The notes: generated by a model not told the origin, from the sequence alone. A stretch of 64,000 nucleotides of DNA from Squalus acanthias (GCA_030390025.1 CM059449.1:15624001-15688000); one strand, 5' to 3'. Shown: positions 13,905-25,221, numbered from the stretch's first letter. A program made the numbers and translations.

Positions 13905-14620
13905 ACTCTCACCTCTGGAATTCAGCTCCTTTGTCCATGTTTGGACCAAGGCTGCAATGAGGTCGGGAGCTGAGTGGTCTTGGCAGAACCCAAACTGGGC
14001 ATCAGCGAGCAGGTTATTGGTGAGTAAGTGCCGCTTGATAGCACTGTCGATGACACCTTCCGTCACTTTGCTGATGATTGTGAGTAGACTGATGGGGCGG
14101 TAATTGGCCGAATTGGATTTGTCCTGCTTCTTGTGGACAGGACATACCTGGGCAGTTTTCCACATGGTCGGATAGATGCCGGTATTGTAGCTGTACTGGA
14201 ATAGCTTGTCTAGAGGCGCGGCTAGTTCTGGAGCACAAGTCTTCAGCACGATAGCCGGGATGTTGTCGGGGCCCATAGCCTTTGCTGTATCCAGTGCCCT
14301 CAGCCGTTTCTTGATATCACGTGGAGTGAATCCAATTGGCTGAAGACTGACTTCTGTGATGTTGGGGACCTTTGGAGTAGGCCGATATGGATCATCCACT
14401 CGGCACTTCTGGCTGAAGTTGGTTGCAAACGCTTCAGCCTTTTCTTAAGCACTCACGTGCTCGTACTCCCTCCCTAACAGGACTGTGGGAGTACCTTCAC
14501 CACACGGACTGCAGCGGTTCAAGAAGGCGGCTCACTACCATCCTCTCAAGGGCAATTAGGAATGGGCAATAAATGCTGGCCTTGTCAGCGACGCCCGCAT
14601 CCCATGAATATTTTAAAAAC
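13905..14620. mobile_element. HER1-type LINE fragment with inversion: RT piece on (-) 13905-14460 joined to the 3' end on (+) 14462-14620
   Basis: ORF 13839-14399 carries RT motifs (KAMGPDNIP, NYRPISLL, QFGF). It is followed on the opposite strand by the 3' tail gggcaataaatgctggcc...catcccatgaa. Confidence 0.75.
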
Positions 14621-14624
14621 TATG

Positions 14625-14800
14625 TGGCTGATTCTCCTGTTCCTGCGCATAGGACTATTGAAACCCCTGAGCGCAGCGAATGCAGCAACATCGGACAGGA
14701 TGTGGTTAGGGGCGTCTGCTGCTCTCCACCCGCTTTTCCTGCATTGGTTGCGCCCAGGTGATTGAAGAGTCCAGGCGCAGGAACGGGGAAAGACTGCCCC
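14625..14800. mobile_element. Short MITE-like element
   Basis: Inverted termini ttctcctgttcctgcgc / gcgcaggaacggggaa. Confidence 0.5.
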
Positions 14801-15264
14801 TTAAACTTTTATGCGTTCACTTTCATGCAAGCCCATATATTTTCTCCTGTGGGCCATTTGCAACGAGTTCTAAGACCTTGCAGGGAAGAGGAAAATAGCA
14901 GACAATAATGTGCTTTATTATGATCAAATCTATTGCAAACAGTTCCCAAATATTAACTCAATATTTCCAATGCGGCCGAAATTCCACCAAAAATTCAACT
15001 GAGATCGAGGGAAACTACAAATTGCTCTTTTATATTACTTCTAATGCATACAGTTTTTTTTATACGACTGCATATTTAAATGTGCATTTGTAAGTTTGCG
15101 GTTCGGCATCACAGTCGCTGCAATTTCAATTCAAACTATTCTGTTGAATAGTGATTGGTATTTGACACGAGTATTTTGCTAAACTAGCCCATTTAAAAAA
15201 GGAAGTTTTCCGTCCTGTCAACGCGGTTTACAATTCAGCCCGGGTCTCAGCTTTTGAGCTATAA

Positions 15265-15525
15265 ATAACAACAGAAAACGCGGGAAAAACTCAGCAGGCC
15301 AGGCAGCATCCGTGGAGAGAGAAACAGAGTTAACGTTTCAGGTCGAAGACCTTTCGTCAGAACTGGAAAAAAGCAGGAAATAAAATAGATTTAAAGCAAG
15401 TATAATGCTGGGGAAAGGGGGTTTGGATGAAAGAACAAAAGGCAAGGTCAGTGGTGGGATAGAAAGCAGGAGAGATTAAGAGACATTAAGAGATAATCAA
15501 GGCAAGAGGAGGTGGTAATATGACA
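15265..15525 (-). mobile_element. Penelope-like pseudo-LTR remnant with a minimal hammerhead motif at 15328-15364
   Basis: Minus strand reads AGTT-CTGACGA-A-AGGTC-TTC-GACCT-GAAAC-GTT-AACT. Related copies lie at ~28200-28590, 40745-41050, 50215-50870 and 63190-63540. Confidence 0.7.
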
Positions 15526-16080
15526 GGTAGAGGCTAGTTGAAGTGTGAGATGCGCTGGCAGAATGAAGGACCGCTGCCAGCTTCTGGGAGGGAAGAAAAA
15601 AGGCCAAACAAAAGGGTTCGCTATAATCCCCGCATGCTTCATTGCTGCCTCTGTATCTCTCACTCCTGGCCTGTTCTGATTTATCTCCGAATGCACATTC
15701 ATTAATAGGTCAGCCAGACATCTGGCTTAGCAGCTTTAAGCCAGAAGTGTCTCCCACGCTTTCCTTTTCTGCGGAAGAGTTTGATTTTGCAAGTTCTCCG
15801 CGCAGTTAATTTCAGTTACCATGGTACCGAGGTATACTAAAGGACACTGAAGTACAACTGAAGTGGATTCGAAACCACAGCTTGTGCCTGGTATTCTGGC
15901 ATCTATGTCCCTGCAGAGGCGGGAAGAAATGAAAACCGAGAATGCCAATTGGGCGATTGGGTCCGTTACGTCACATACTGTGTCATGCGCCTCTCCACAG
16001 TTAGAATTCGATTGTTACTTTTCTCTGATCCTGCACTGCTGTTCCTCAACTGACTTCATGCCCAGAACTGTGCAGACACC

Positions 16081-16132
16081 ATGAACTTTAGCCATGTTAT
16101 TGGAACAATCTGGGTAACGGCTATGATCGCCG
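16081..16132 (+). CDS. NCR3-like: Gene A exon 1, leader MNFSHVIGTIWVTAMIA
   Basis: Kozak context gacaccATGA, hydrophobic peptide, phase-1 donor G|gtaagg. Similar to the gene B leader. Confidence 0.75.
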
Positions 16133-17859
16133 GTAAGGAACTATTTTATGTTATGTCGGTTTCCAATTGCAAGATGAGAGTACAAACCGGAAAGAAAGCA
16201 ACCTCCTCTTGTAGCGCATTCTTATATTGTTTCATTTGTTAAATTCAAGTACTCTTACATGTTATGATCCGCACGCGGATAAATAAATAGGGCGTTAAGC
16301 TTTAAAAAGAAATCAATGGTACCGAAAGGACAGCTTTCCAAACTTGAAATGGTTGACGTGACTGAGAAATGTGCCGATTTCAAATACATACACGCGCAAT
16401 GATCACCGAGCCATTATTGTTTAGCAACCCTCGCCGACAATCAAAGCTGGCGCCCATCTTAAGTGAATGGCCCAAAATTGCAAGGAATTAAATCAACATT
16501 TTGAAATAACACAGATCCGAATAATTTCTTAATATCATTGAGGGGCCTAGATAGAGTGGATAGGAAGTATCTATGTCCCTTAGCAGAAGGGGTCAATAAC
16601 CAGGGGGCATAGATTTAAACTAATTGGTACAAGGTTTAGAAGGAAGTTGAGGAGAATTTTCTTCACCCAGAGGGCGGTGGGGGTCTGGAACTCAATGCCT
16701 GAAAGGGTGGTAGAGGCAAAAAACCTCATCGCATTTAAAAAGTACTTGGATATGCACTTGGAGTGTTGTAAACTACAAGGCTACAGACCAAATGCTGGAA
16801 AGTGGGATTAGGCTGGATTGCTCTTTGTCGGCCGGCGCGGACAAGATGGGATGAATGGATTCCTCCTGTGACGTAAATTTCTATGATTCTATGATTTGAT
16901 TTATTCCCAATCCTTTTATTTCGGTGTTCTGAAGTGATAATAAGATGAAAAATAGCCGATATATTAAGAATGTAACGAAGCAATTTTAAAAAACGCCATA
17001 AGTGTGTTAGAATATAAAGCCATGATAGTGTCAGAGAACTAAACTAAGCTTCTAAATGCACGGGTCAACTATTGTTAAAATCCTACTTTCAGCTTTCCTA
17101 TCGATGACACAAAATATATCTGGACTGGAAAGGGTGCATTGAGGAGCAACAAAACCCTTCCGAAGTGTAAAGAGATGATACGTGAGGAGAGATAAGCGAA
17201 GCATAAGTGTTTCAGTCTTAAAAAAAGGCAGTTAAGTGCCGGGGGCGGCGGGGGGTGGGTGTGGGGGGGGGGGGGGGGGGAACTTAATCATAAATGCTAT
17301 AGATAAAGTGCATCCCGATTATTCCGTCGAAGCCATGAAAGTAGAATCAGATCCATCAATGGGTAATAGTGAAAAGGGACATTTTAAGCTAAAAGCAAGA
17401 ACAACGTGTTTGTCTCAAAACTTGTAGGAATTTATACAGCGCGCAATAGAGGTAAATATTGGGGCTACTCAAAATGCAATTAAATACCGTGGCGGGAGTT
17501 CGTGTATCTAATGGTTGATTTTGATGGGTTGAGGGACATTTTCTCGTCACAGGCTTTTTAAGTGCCTTTAGAGCCATGTTTTATTGCACCAACTAACAAC
17601 ACGGGCTATATACAGTCAATGTCACTGTATTAATATCCGTGTTTTTATAAAAATATTTGAACAATGTATCCTTACAAATTGCCATTCGGCAGAGTGGCGG
17701 CGCGCACGCCTCGCTCAACTGTAACAATACTGATAATTTTTAAAGGTTTAAGGACTCTTTTAAACGCTGCGAGCATTCATGCCTAATATAGGAAGCAGTA
17801 CTTTCCAGGGCAAAATATCTCACCCCACTGTGTATTGTATTGACTTCACCCATCTACAG

Positions 17860-18201
17860 CAGTTACTGTTGGAAAAATCACCGTAATTCAGAGCCCGCAA
17901 TCACTCACCAAAACCGCGGGACAGACAGCGGGCCTGCTCTGTAGATATGAGGGTCCCAAAGGAATCGGCAGCTGCACGTGGCACCGAGGCACCAAACAGG
18001 GAAATGAAGTTTCCAACAATACAGCGGAATACAGAGGCAGGGTGTTCGGGGCAAGTGAAGAGGAATTCAGCCAGAGGGGAGACGCGTCCATTAGAATAAT
18101 CCAGCTGAAACCGGAAGATACCGGGCTCTATTTTTGCAAACTGGAGCTCTTGGGATTCGCTGCAGCAGACGGACCCGGGACAGCAGTGACCGTGGAACGG
18201 G
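17860..18201 (+). CDS. NCR3-like: Gene A exon 2, NKp30-like VJ-type Ig V domain (AVTVGKITVIQSP...LLC...IGSCTW...EYRGRV...DTGLYFC...GPGTAVTVER)
   Basis: 342-nt phase 1-1 exon (tacag| ... |gtaagt). Canonical V-set Cys, Trp, DxxxYxC and a J-like GxGT motif. Resembles recalled NKp30 motifs (IGSVTW, EV.N.T.E.RGR, YVC.VEVLG...G.GT). Confidence 0.9.
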
Positions 18202-18387
18202 GTAAGTTTGTATTTTTTTTGAAAAGTAGACGGGTTCTTTTAAGTGCGAGAGGTGTGCCCTGCCAGGTTACCACCCAGGATGGTAACGGCGAACTTCCAG
18301 CCCGGAGGACGTCTTAGCCCCCTTGCGTTACTCGTTGCCTTGGACCAGAAAGCGATAGGGAGATTTTTTAGACCTGTTATTCCATAG

Positions 18388-18539
18388 GTGCCGAAACGGA
18401 ATTTAAGATAATGAGCAACGAAGAGCCTACAAGCTTCTTCAGCGACGTCCGGATTCTATGGTGTGTCCGTGCTGCAGTGATAGCTTTACTGGTCGTTTTT
18501 GGAATCATCGTCGCTATCTATCTGCTTCCGTCAGAAGAG
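18388..18539 (+). CDS. NCR3-like: Gene A exon 3, stalk plus TM containing Arg (ILWCVRAAVIALLVVFGIIVAIYLL)
   Basis: Acceptor tccatag| is in frame (phase 1) with the V exon; donor GAG|gtactg is phase 0. The Arg sits near the TM N-terminus as in NKp30 (LLLRAG). Confidence 0.8.
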
Positions 18540-18643
18540 GTACTGGTAGCGAATGTCAATATATGTATTATTTACTGTTTGGGACGCATGGAAAAGTATT
18601 TTATAATTGTTTAGCACAACGATTACACTCTGGTTCCATAGAA

Positions 18644-19025
18644 TGAGGGAACGATAGCAGAGTGGTAATGTTACTGGACTGGTAATCCAGAAACCTGGAC
18701 TAATAATCCGAGGACAAGCGTTTAAATCCCACCACGGCAGCTGGGAAATTTAAATTCAATTAAATAAATCTGGGATAAAAAGCGAGCATCAGTAATGGTG
18801 AGCATGTAACTACCGGATTGTCGTCAAAACCCATCTGGTTCACTAATGTCCTTTAGGGAAGGAAATCTGCCATCCTTACCTGGTCTGGCCGATATGTGAC
18901 TCCAGACCCACAGCAATGTGGTTGACTCTTAACTGCCCTCTGAAATGGACTGGCAAGCCACTCAAGGGCAATTAGGGATGGGCAATAAATGCTGGCCTTG
19001 TCCACATCCCGTGAATGAATAAAGA
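18644..19025 (+). mobile_element. HE1-type tRNA-derived SINE
   Basis: tRNA-like head (gcagagtggtaatg... tttaaatcccacc), core acccatctggttcactaatgtcctttagggaaggaaatctgcc, and a HER1-type 3' tail. Other copies: one per array unit, 33050-33330(-), 54700-54835(-). Confidence 0.8.
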
Positions 19026-19349
19026 AAACGTTTATCGTTTAATTAATGTGAGATGCAGGAAGATAGCGGTGTGAGAAGGATTTCTGCACTTGGGTTCCAG
19101 CCAAGCAGAACCGCGCAACAATGTCTGGATCCTTGAAGTCTGGGTCTGTAACAGTCTTAGCTCAAGACTGAGCTGCGAGCACGTTTGATAAAGGCTCGCT
19201 CCCTCTCTCCGAACGTTAAGTGTTTCTAAAGCCGGGAGAGGAGAACACCTGCTCTCAAGACACATAAATTGAGATGATATGGGTTTGCAAAGTGTTCAGG
19301 ATGTCCAAGGAAACACAGGGGAAGATAATCCTTCCAAAGTGTCCGTTAC

Positions 19350-19795
19350 ATAGGATTACATTACATAGGATATACGGCACAGAAACAAGCCATTCGGCCC
19401 AGCTAGTCAATGCCAGTATTTATGCTCCACTCGAGCCTCCTCTAGTCTTTCCCCATCTAAATCGATCAGCATAACCCTCTATTCCCTTCTCCCTCATATG
19501 CTTGCCTAGCCTCCCCTTAAATGCATCTATACTATTCGCCTCAACCATTCCCTGTGATAGCGAGTTCCACATTCTCACCACTCTTTGGGTAAAGAAGTTT
19601 CTTCTGAATTCCCTATTGGATTTCTTGGTGACTATCTTATATTGATGGCCTCTAGTTATGCTCTTCCCTACAAGTGGAAACATTCTCTCTGCACCCACTC
19701 TTTCAAAACCTTTAATAATTTTAAAGACCTCTGTTAGGTCAGCCTTCAGACTTTTTGTTTTCAGGAGAAAAGAGACCCAGCCTGTTCATCCTTTC
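19350..19795 (-). mobile_element. CR1 LINE 3' fragment
   Basis: ORF 19420-19698 (TRGH...RRNFFTQRVV..WNSL). Confidence 0.85.
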
Positions 19796-20549
19796 CTTAT
19801 ATACATACTTTATTTGTTCTATGTTATTTTACTGAAAACAGCTCACTGTAAAGCAGTTTCAGTTTGAGCTTTCTCCGTACAACTTCACTGCTTTCCCAAG
19901 GTTTCTCTTGCTCTCCTCTGGGGTGAGAAGAACCTCCGCGGAAAATCCAGGCGATTCCACTTACAAGGGAAAAATTGTAGGATTGTATCGTGCGGTAACT
20001 AACTTATTGTGTGTCTGCAAACTGAGTCTACTTTGAGCTCCATAGCACATTTCCAAATAATTAATTTGGCCATTCTTAAAGAAGGTCGTAAATGCAATAC
20101 TGAGGGATATTTATATTCATCAGTTCTTGCAAAGCCCAGTTAAGCTCTACCATAATTAATTAGTCCTGAACACATGACAGCAGGACTAATACACTTTCCG
20201 AGTCTCATAAGGGTGATATTAACAATTTTGAAGTACCGCAATTTAAAAAAAAATGTAGCAGAGCTGGATTGACACCGCTTGACAGTTTCTGCCGGGTCGC
20301 CTGGGGTTTCCGCCGATCTTCTGCCGAAGTTACGGCGGGAGATACCCCAGCGAAAATTCGCCCCTAGTGTTTGTAACGTTCAGCTCAGAGTTATTTAATT
20401 AAACTGCTATGGACGCGATAGATAACACAGTCCTGTTTCCCAAATGGGAATTCTATGAAGATCCTGCAATAGTCAGTTATATAATTGAAGGACAGTGACA
20501 AATTAGCAGAAATAAATCATCCAAAGGTTTATAAACTAGTCTGAACTAC

Positions 20550-21016
20550 AAAAAAGTCTTGCTTTTCTATAGCGCATTTCACGACCACCGGACATCCCAA
20601 AGCGCTTTGCAGCCAATGAAGAACTTATGAAGTGGAGTCACTGTTGTAATGTAAGAAACGCAGCTGCCAATTTCTGCACAGCAAGCTCCCACAAACAGCA
20701 ATGTGATAATAATCAGATAATCTGTTTTTGTTATGTTGGTTGAGGGATAAATATTGGCCAGGGCACCGGGGATAACTCCCTTGCTCTTCTTCGAGATAGT
20801 GCTATGGGATCTTTTACAGCCAACTGAGAGGGCAGACGGGGCCTCGGTTTAATGTCTCATCCGAAAGACGGCACCTCCGACAGTGCAGCACCCCCTCAGT
20901 ACGACACTGGAATGTCAGCCTAGATTTTTGTGCTCAAGTCTCTGGAGTGGGATTTTAACCCACAATCTTCTGACTCAGAGGCGACAGTCCTACCCACTGA
21001 GCTACGGCTGACGCCG
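20550..21016 (-). mobile_element. Deu-domain SINE (SacSINE1-like) with L2-type tail
   Basis: tRNA-like head (gtagctcagtgggtag), core gtgctgcactgtcggaggtgccgtctttcggatgagac. Further copies at 35870-36275 and 43815-44262, both (-). Confidence 0.7.
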
Positions 21017-21620
21017 ATATGATAGCAATTGATGTTTGATTTTTACTCTGCAGCCCAAGATTGTCTTGGACATTCGAGGATATATTTTTCTTAAATCGTG
21101 TTGTACAGAAATACATCATCAAAGGTCTCGAACAAATGTTTAAAATAAGGTCTGTAGCGTAGCACAAACATTATGTACAGCCCATAATTTATGTAATCTT
21201 TAGCCCGTTTCTGTCGGAAACTCTACCAATTCACTGTTGTATTAATTACGGTACAGTTAAGGTACTGTTCCCCATGTAAGGGTATGATGCTTCATTAAGC
21301 GCTGGTCTTTTTCCCATTGCCCTATTTATCTTCACACTTTCTATTTTCCTTGTGATGAGATTTGTCACTGCGTTTCATTACTTTGTTTTCCAATACTTGT
21401 TTTTCACTGAGCATCGTGGACTGCTGTAAATGTTGCTGTTCAGCATTATACCGGAAACCAGAACTGGTGTTTTTGCCCCTGCAAAATATCTATATGCGGG
21501 AAATAAGTGTACGGTGCCCCTGCCCCATCGTCACCAACACCCAAATCCATCAGTTGACAAGTAATCTACAAATGGTAATAACTTGGTCTGAAATTCATTT
21601 TTTTGTTACTTTTGTGACAG

Positions 21621-21668
21621 AACGAACCTACTTTTTATAAAAAGCTAAAACAAGGAGAACATTTTCAG
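21621..21668 (+). CDS. NCR3-like: Gene A cytoplasmic exon NEPTFYKKLKQGEHFQ (first half of the ITAM-like motif)
   Basis: ttttgtgacag| acceptor, CAG|gtaaat donor, 48 nt. Only the phase-0 frame is open, which matches the TM exon. Confidence 0.6.
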
Positions 21669-21730
21669 GTAAATATGTAAAGAGCTGGTATCCTCGTCTC
21701 CGACAGCCTAATGTCTTGCTTTTTATCAAG

Positions 21731-21770
21731 TATCCACGCATAAACCCATCAATAAATGCAATGTTTTCGG
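21731..21770 (+). CDS. NCR3-like: Gene A cytoplasmic exon YPRINPSINAMFS (second half of the ITAM-like motif)
   Basis: ctttttatcaag| acceptor, G|gtaaag donor, phase 0 to 1. The preceding intron is only 62 nt. Confidence 0.45.
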
Positions 21771-22075
21771 GTAAAGCAGTGGCACCTATATGTTATGTTT
21801 CAATCATTCTAATCTGGCACAATTTGCATAAAATAAATAATGGTTTCCGTCATTTTATTCCAATTTGGGGTCATAATAGTGGCAGTAAAGGTATCTGGTA
21901 CTATTGCTGAAAGGCTAAACCATGGTAATACTCGAACTGGAAATCTGAATAAGGTGGTTACAAACGCACCAGATTTTTACACTTTGATTGTGATTTACAA
22001 TAAATGTGATTGCCATTGAAACTATTGAAATTAACTTTTCAAATTTTATTTTGATGAATATGTTTCCTCATCTAG

Positions 22076-22180
22076 GAGGCAATGGAAGTACTGAACATTC
22101 AACCCATGTGGGACCTTTTTCTCCTCCCCCAAATATTGCATCTAACGCCGACTTCAGACTGCCCACTTCCGATTATGATG
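22076..22180 (+). CDS. NCR3-like: Gene A cytoplasmic exon GGNGSTEHSTHVGPFSPPPNIASNADFRLPTSDYD
   Basis: tttcctcatctag| acceptor, G|gtgatt donor, 105 nt, phase 1-1. FSPPP-NIA resembles gene C tail modules. Confidence 0.5.
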
Positions 22181-23364
22181 GTGATTTTCCATTTCCTAAC
22201 GGCCTTCTCACAGTCCATCTTTCGACTCAATGCATTCAGGAGAAATAAGCTTCCCCATAGGCTGCACGCAAACTTTTATTTTATTCCTTCTGGGGAAGGT
22301 GGGCGTCGCTAGTTCATCCCTAGTTGCACTTGAGAAGGAGGAGGTGGGCCTCCTCCTTGAGTCACTGCAGTCCGTGGGGTGAAGGTACTCCCAAAATGCT
22401 GTTAGGTAGAGAGTTCCTGGATTTTTGACCAAGTGACAATGAAGGAAAGACGATATATGATGATACAATTCGGGATGGTGTGTGACTTGGAGGGGAAACT
22501 TGGAGTTGATGGTGTACCCATGCACCTCGGCTGTTCCTACGAACTACATTTCCATCGGAGTTTAATTGTTTGATGTCGGACATTTTCAGATTGGCCTGAG
22601 TCTGTGTTTACTTAGCAATAATAGTATTGGATGGCTTTAAGGAGATGCTTTCCTACCTTAGTAGCAGAATAATATACCGTGTCTTACATGGCATAACGGT
22701 TGTGTCCTTGTAAAATAAACACCATCCAACTCACAGTGATCAGTACGATGAACAATTAGCCTCCCCATCTTGGTCCGTAGGAAAAACAATGTTAAGCTAT
22801 GTTATGTTCCAGTACGTGCTGCCTTGTTCTACTCTATGTAGCGCGCTTGAGTAAGATTAAATTGTACATAACTACTTATTTCTAAGCCCAATTAGGAGTT
22901 AAACTCATTTCGTCAAGTAAAATAAAACGAATCAAGCATTTTGCTCATTAACTGGTGGTCCAAAAAACACTTTATCACCCATTACAAGATAAAACATTGG
23001 CAACAGTTCGTATAGAAGTTTCAGGAGTGCTGTTAAGCCGAAAATTCTGGAGTGAAATTAAAATAAACATGAAGAGGAAGAGACACTGGTTATTGATCAG
23101 AAGAATTTGGGATTGTGTTTGGAATAGCACATTTTCCTCTGCTCACTTACTTCAAGTCTCTCGGAATTTAGAACAGGTTTTAAAATCTTCAATGTTTCCT
23201 TCATAAAGTGAAGAGCTTGACTTGCCAAAAAATCCTATTCCTGATACTAAAGTGATTTCCATTCTCCACCAATCTGGAACTATTGCTTACTGAATAACCG
23301 TTCGGAGATTTCCCAAATTATGTTTTACTAATTCGGCATGTGCCTTCACTTCTTTTGACTTCAG

Positions 23365-23378
23365 CAGGAAGAAGATGA
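23365..23378 (+). CDS. NCR3-like: Gene A putative last coding exon (AGRR*)
   Basis: Strong acceptor cttcttttgacttcag|. Phase-1 reading gives GCA GGA AGA AGA TGA; phase 0 would read QEEDDD...DSL* to 23430. Confidence 0.4.
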
Positions 23379-23724
23379 TGATGGCACAGTGAAGCTGGGC
23401 GGATGGATGGAAAGCACAGACTCACTCTGATACAAAGACTCACTGTGATACGAAGACTGCCGTGTTAAATTGCCTTCCATCCAGACCACGTCCCTGCAAG
23501 TCATTATTGGCAATACACAAGTCTCAGTGCGGCAACTTGATCAAGTTGTCAGTTCCGTATTTGCGAAACATTCAAAGACACTCACATTATAGACCTTTGG
23601 CATAAAGGCTCTTTAATATTTTCATGTTGGTGAGCTGCTGCCATAAATAGCTGCAGTGTGGACCACTGGTTATTCTGCTGTTTAATTACTTCTGTCCGTC
23701 TTAGATTTGAAAATGTGTTCTTTA

Positions 23725-24090
23725 AATAGACATTCTTGTTTTCAAATCCCTCCATGGTCTCGCCCCTCCCTATCTCTGTAATCTCCTCCAGCCCCACAGC
23801 CCCCCAAGATACCTGCGCTCCTCTAATTCTGCCCTCTTTAGGATCCCTGATTATAATCGCTCAACAATTGGTGGCCGTGCCTTCAGCTGCCAAGGCCCTC
23901 AGCTCTGGAATTCCCTCCCTAAACCTCTCCGCCTCGCTAACTCTCTCTGTCCTCCTTAAAGACGCTGCTTAAAACCTACTACTCCTGTACTAATATCTCC
24001 TTATGTGGTTCGGAGTCAAATTGTGTTTAATAATCGCTCCTGTGAAGCGCCTTGGGTCGTTTTGCTACATTAAAGGCGCTGTTTCAATAC
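23725..24090 (+). mobile_element. L2-clade LINE 3' remnant
   Basis: cctctggaattccctccctaaacctctccgcctc... and 3' end gtgaagcgccttgggtcg...aaaggcgct followed by (tgt)n. Confidence 0.6.
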
Positions 24091-24549
24091 ACTTTGTTGT
24101 TGTTGTTGTTGTTATGTTTCAGTTTCTGAAGTAAATATGTTTGCCTTTGATAACTTCGAAAAATTTCCTTGCATTCCCAAGGATATATTTGGGTCTACGC
24201 AGTAAATTACCTTAGTTGTAGAATTTCACTTCACTGTCAAAACAATCATGTTAAATATGAATGAAAACATTGCAAACAGCTTTGCACCGTGCGGTCGGGA
24301 TCCTCACAACACAAAGGTGTACACCATGGCACATACTCCCCGCATCGTATGCCATATTTTCCAAAAGCATCTTATCTAGGCGTCTCTGAAAATAAGTAAG
24401 CTCAAAGACACAGGAGTCAGATCTCTGCAATAGCTCAGGAGCCTTATAGCGTTGTTATATTCCTTACTTACCGATCCAGCGTTCGATGGAGAACACTTTA
24501 AGGTTAATTACTCATCGGTTTCAATTAAATAGTGTTATTTTAAGCCATT

Positions 24550-25221
24550 GGCCCTGAATTTCCAATCCGAAGCTTCCTGCGAGCGGATGCCTCCGATTGG
24601 AAAAAATCTACGAACCTTACTGCTGGTTCCATAGATCCCGAGGCTTCCGATCCTGGGCCTCTCCTGTTGGAAATGCGCAGAGCCTCAGGTAGCCGAGGGG
24701 CGCATGCGGTTTGCGCCAGCCCCCTGGGATCACGTGGGCCAGGCGAACCAATCATACGCACAGAACTGTCAAAAGTATGAATGGAAATCACATCTAAAAA
24801 CACACTAAAGCATTAAATAATTTTTTTTAATTACATAATTTAAAATTAATTAAAATTCAATTGAACTAAAAATAAACTTACTTTTTTGAAGAGTATTTTT
24901 AATTTATAAATGAGTTATCAAAGTTAATTTTTCTATTTTTCAACACTCATAAGCTGGTAAAAGCAGGCCTTACGCATGCTTTTACCAGACGTAAGAATTC
25001 TCTGGCCTTTCAGCGGGCGGAAGTTGTGCAAAAAGCGCAACTCTCCACCCGCAGAGGCACTTTTCCCGGGCAGGCGGATGATCTGTCAAGAGAATTCTTG
25101 ACAGATCGCAAGTGCCGGTTTTCAGCGCATGCGGTTCGCATGCCTGAAACCGGAACTTGCGCGGGCCCTACGGGCGCATACGCTCCTCGTACGCACCAGT
25201 GGAGGTGGCAAAATACGGACC
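24550..25221. mobile_element. MITE related to 8654-9397
   Basis: Shares gggatcacgtg, ccaat, the AT-rich core and gccggttttcagcgcatgcg; degenerate TIRs ggccctgaattt / aaaatacggacc. Confidence 0.65.

Larger units (their letters stand above)
1..13905. repeat. Tandem array (macrosatellite), ~1.97-kb unit, ~7 copies, open at the left edge of the window. Each unit is a CR1(-) fragment interrupted by an HE1 SINE(-), then a CR1(+) 3' end, a spacer, and a CR1(-) 3' end
   Basis: The anchor ctgYaatgtggtgaccagaactgcac recurs at 1, 1975, 3942, 5915, 7890, 10605 and 12791. Periods are 1974, 1967, 1973, 1975, 2715 and 2186; the two long periods are explained by insertions. The repeated ORFs ([10 protein letters not shown]..., MMHLG.ANK...) are CR1 ORF2 C-terminal pieces. 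Confidence 0.95.

Noticed and set aside
1-13905. CRISPR-like or prokaryotic repeat system
   Set aside because: The period is ~2 kb with no short repeat/unique spacer structure, and the content is vertebrate retroelement sequence.
17826-17832. CACTGTG heptamer just upstream of V exon A (also CACAGTG near 48025), suggesting RAG recombination signals
   Set aside because: No nonamer at 12- or 23-bp spacing, and the V exons already contain the J-like GxGT strand. These are not rearranging Ig/TCR segments.
20940-21016. tRNA gene
   Set aside because: It is the tRNA-derived head of a SINE, continuous with the SINE body.
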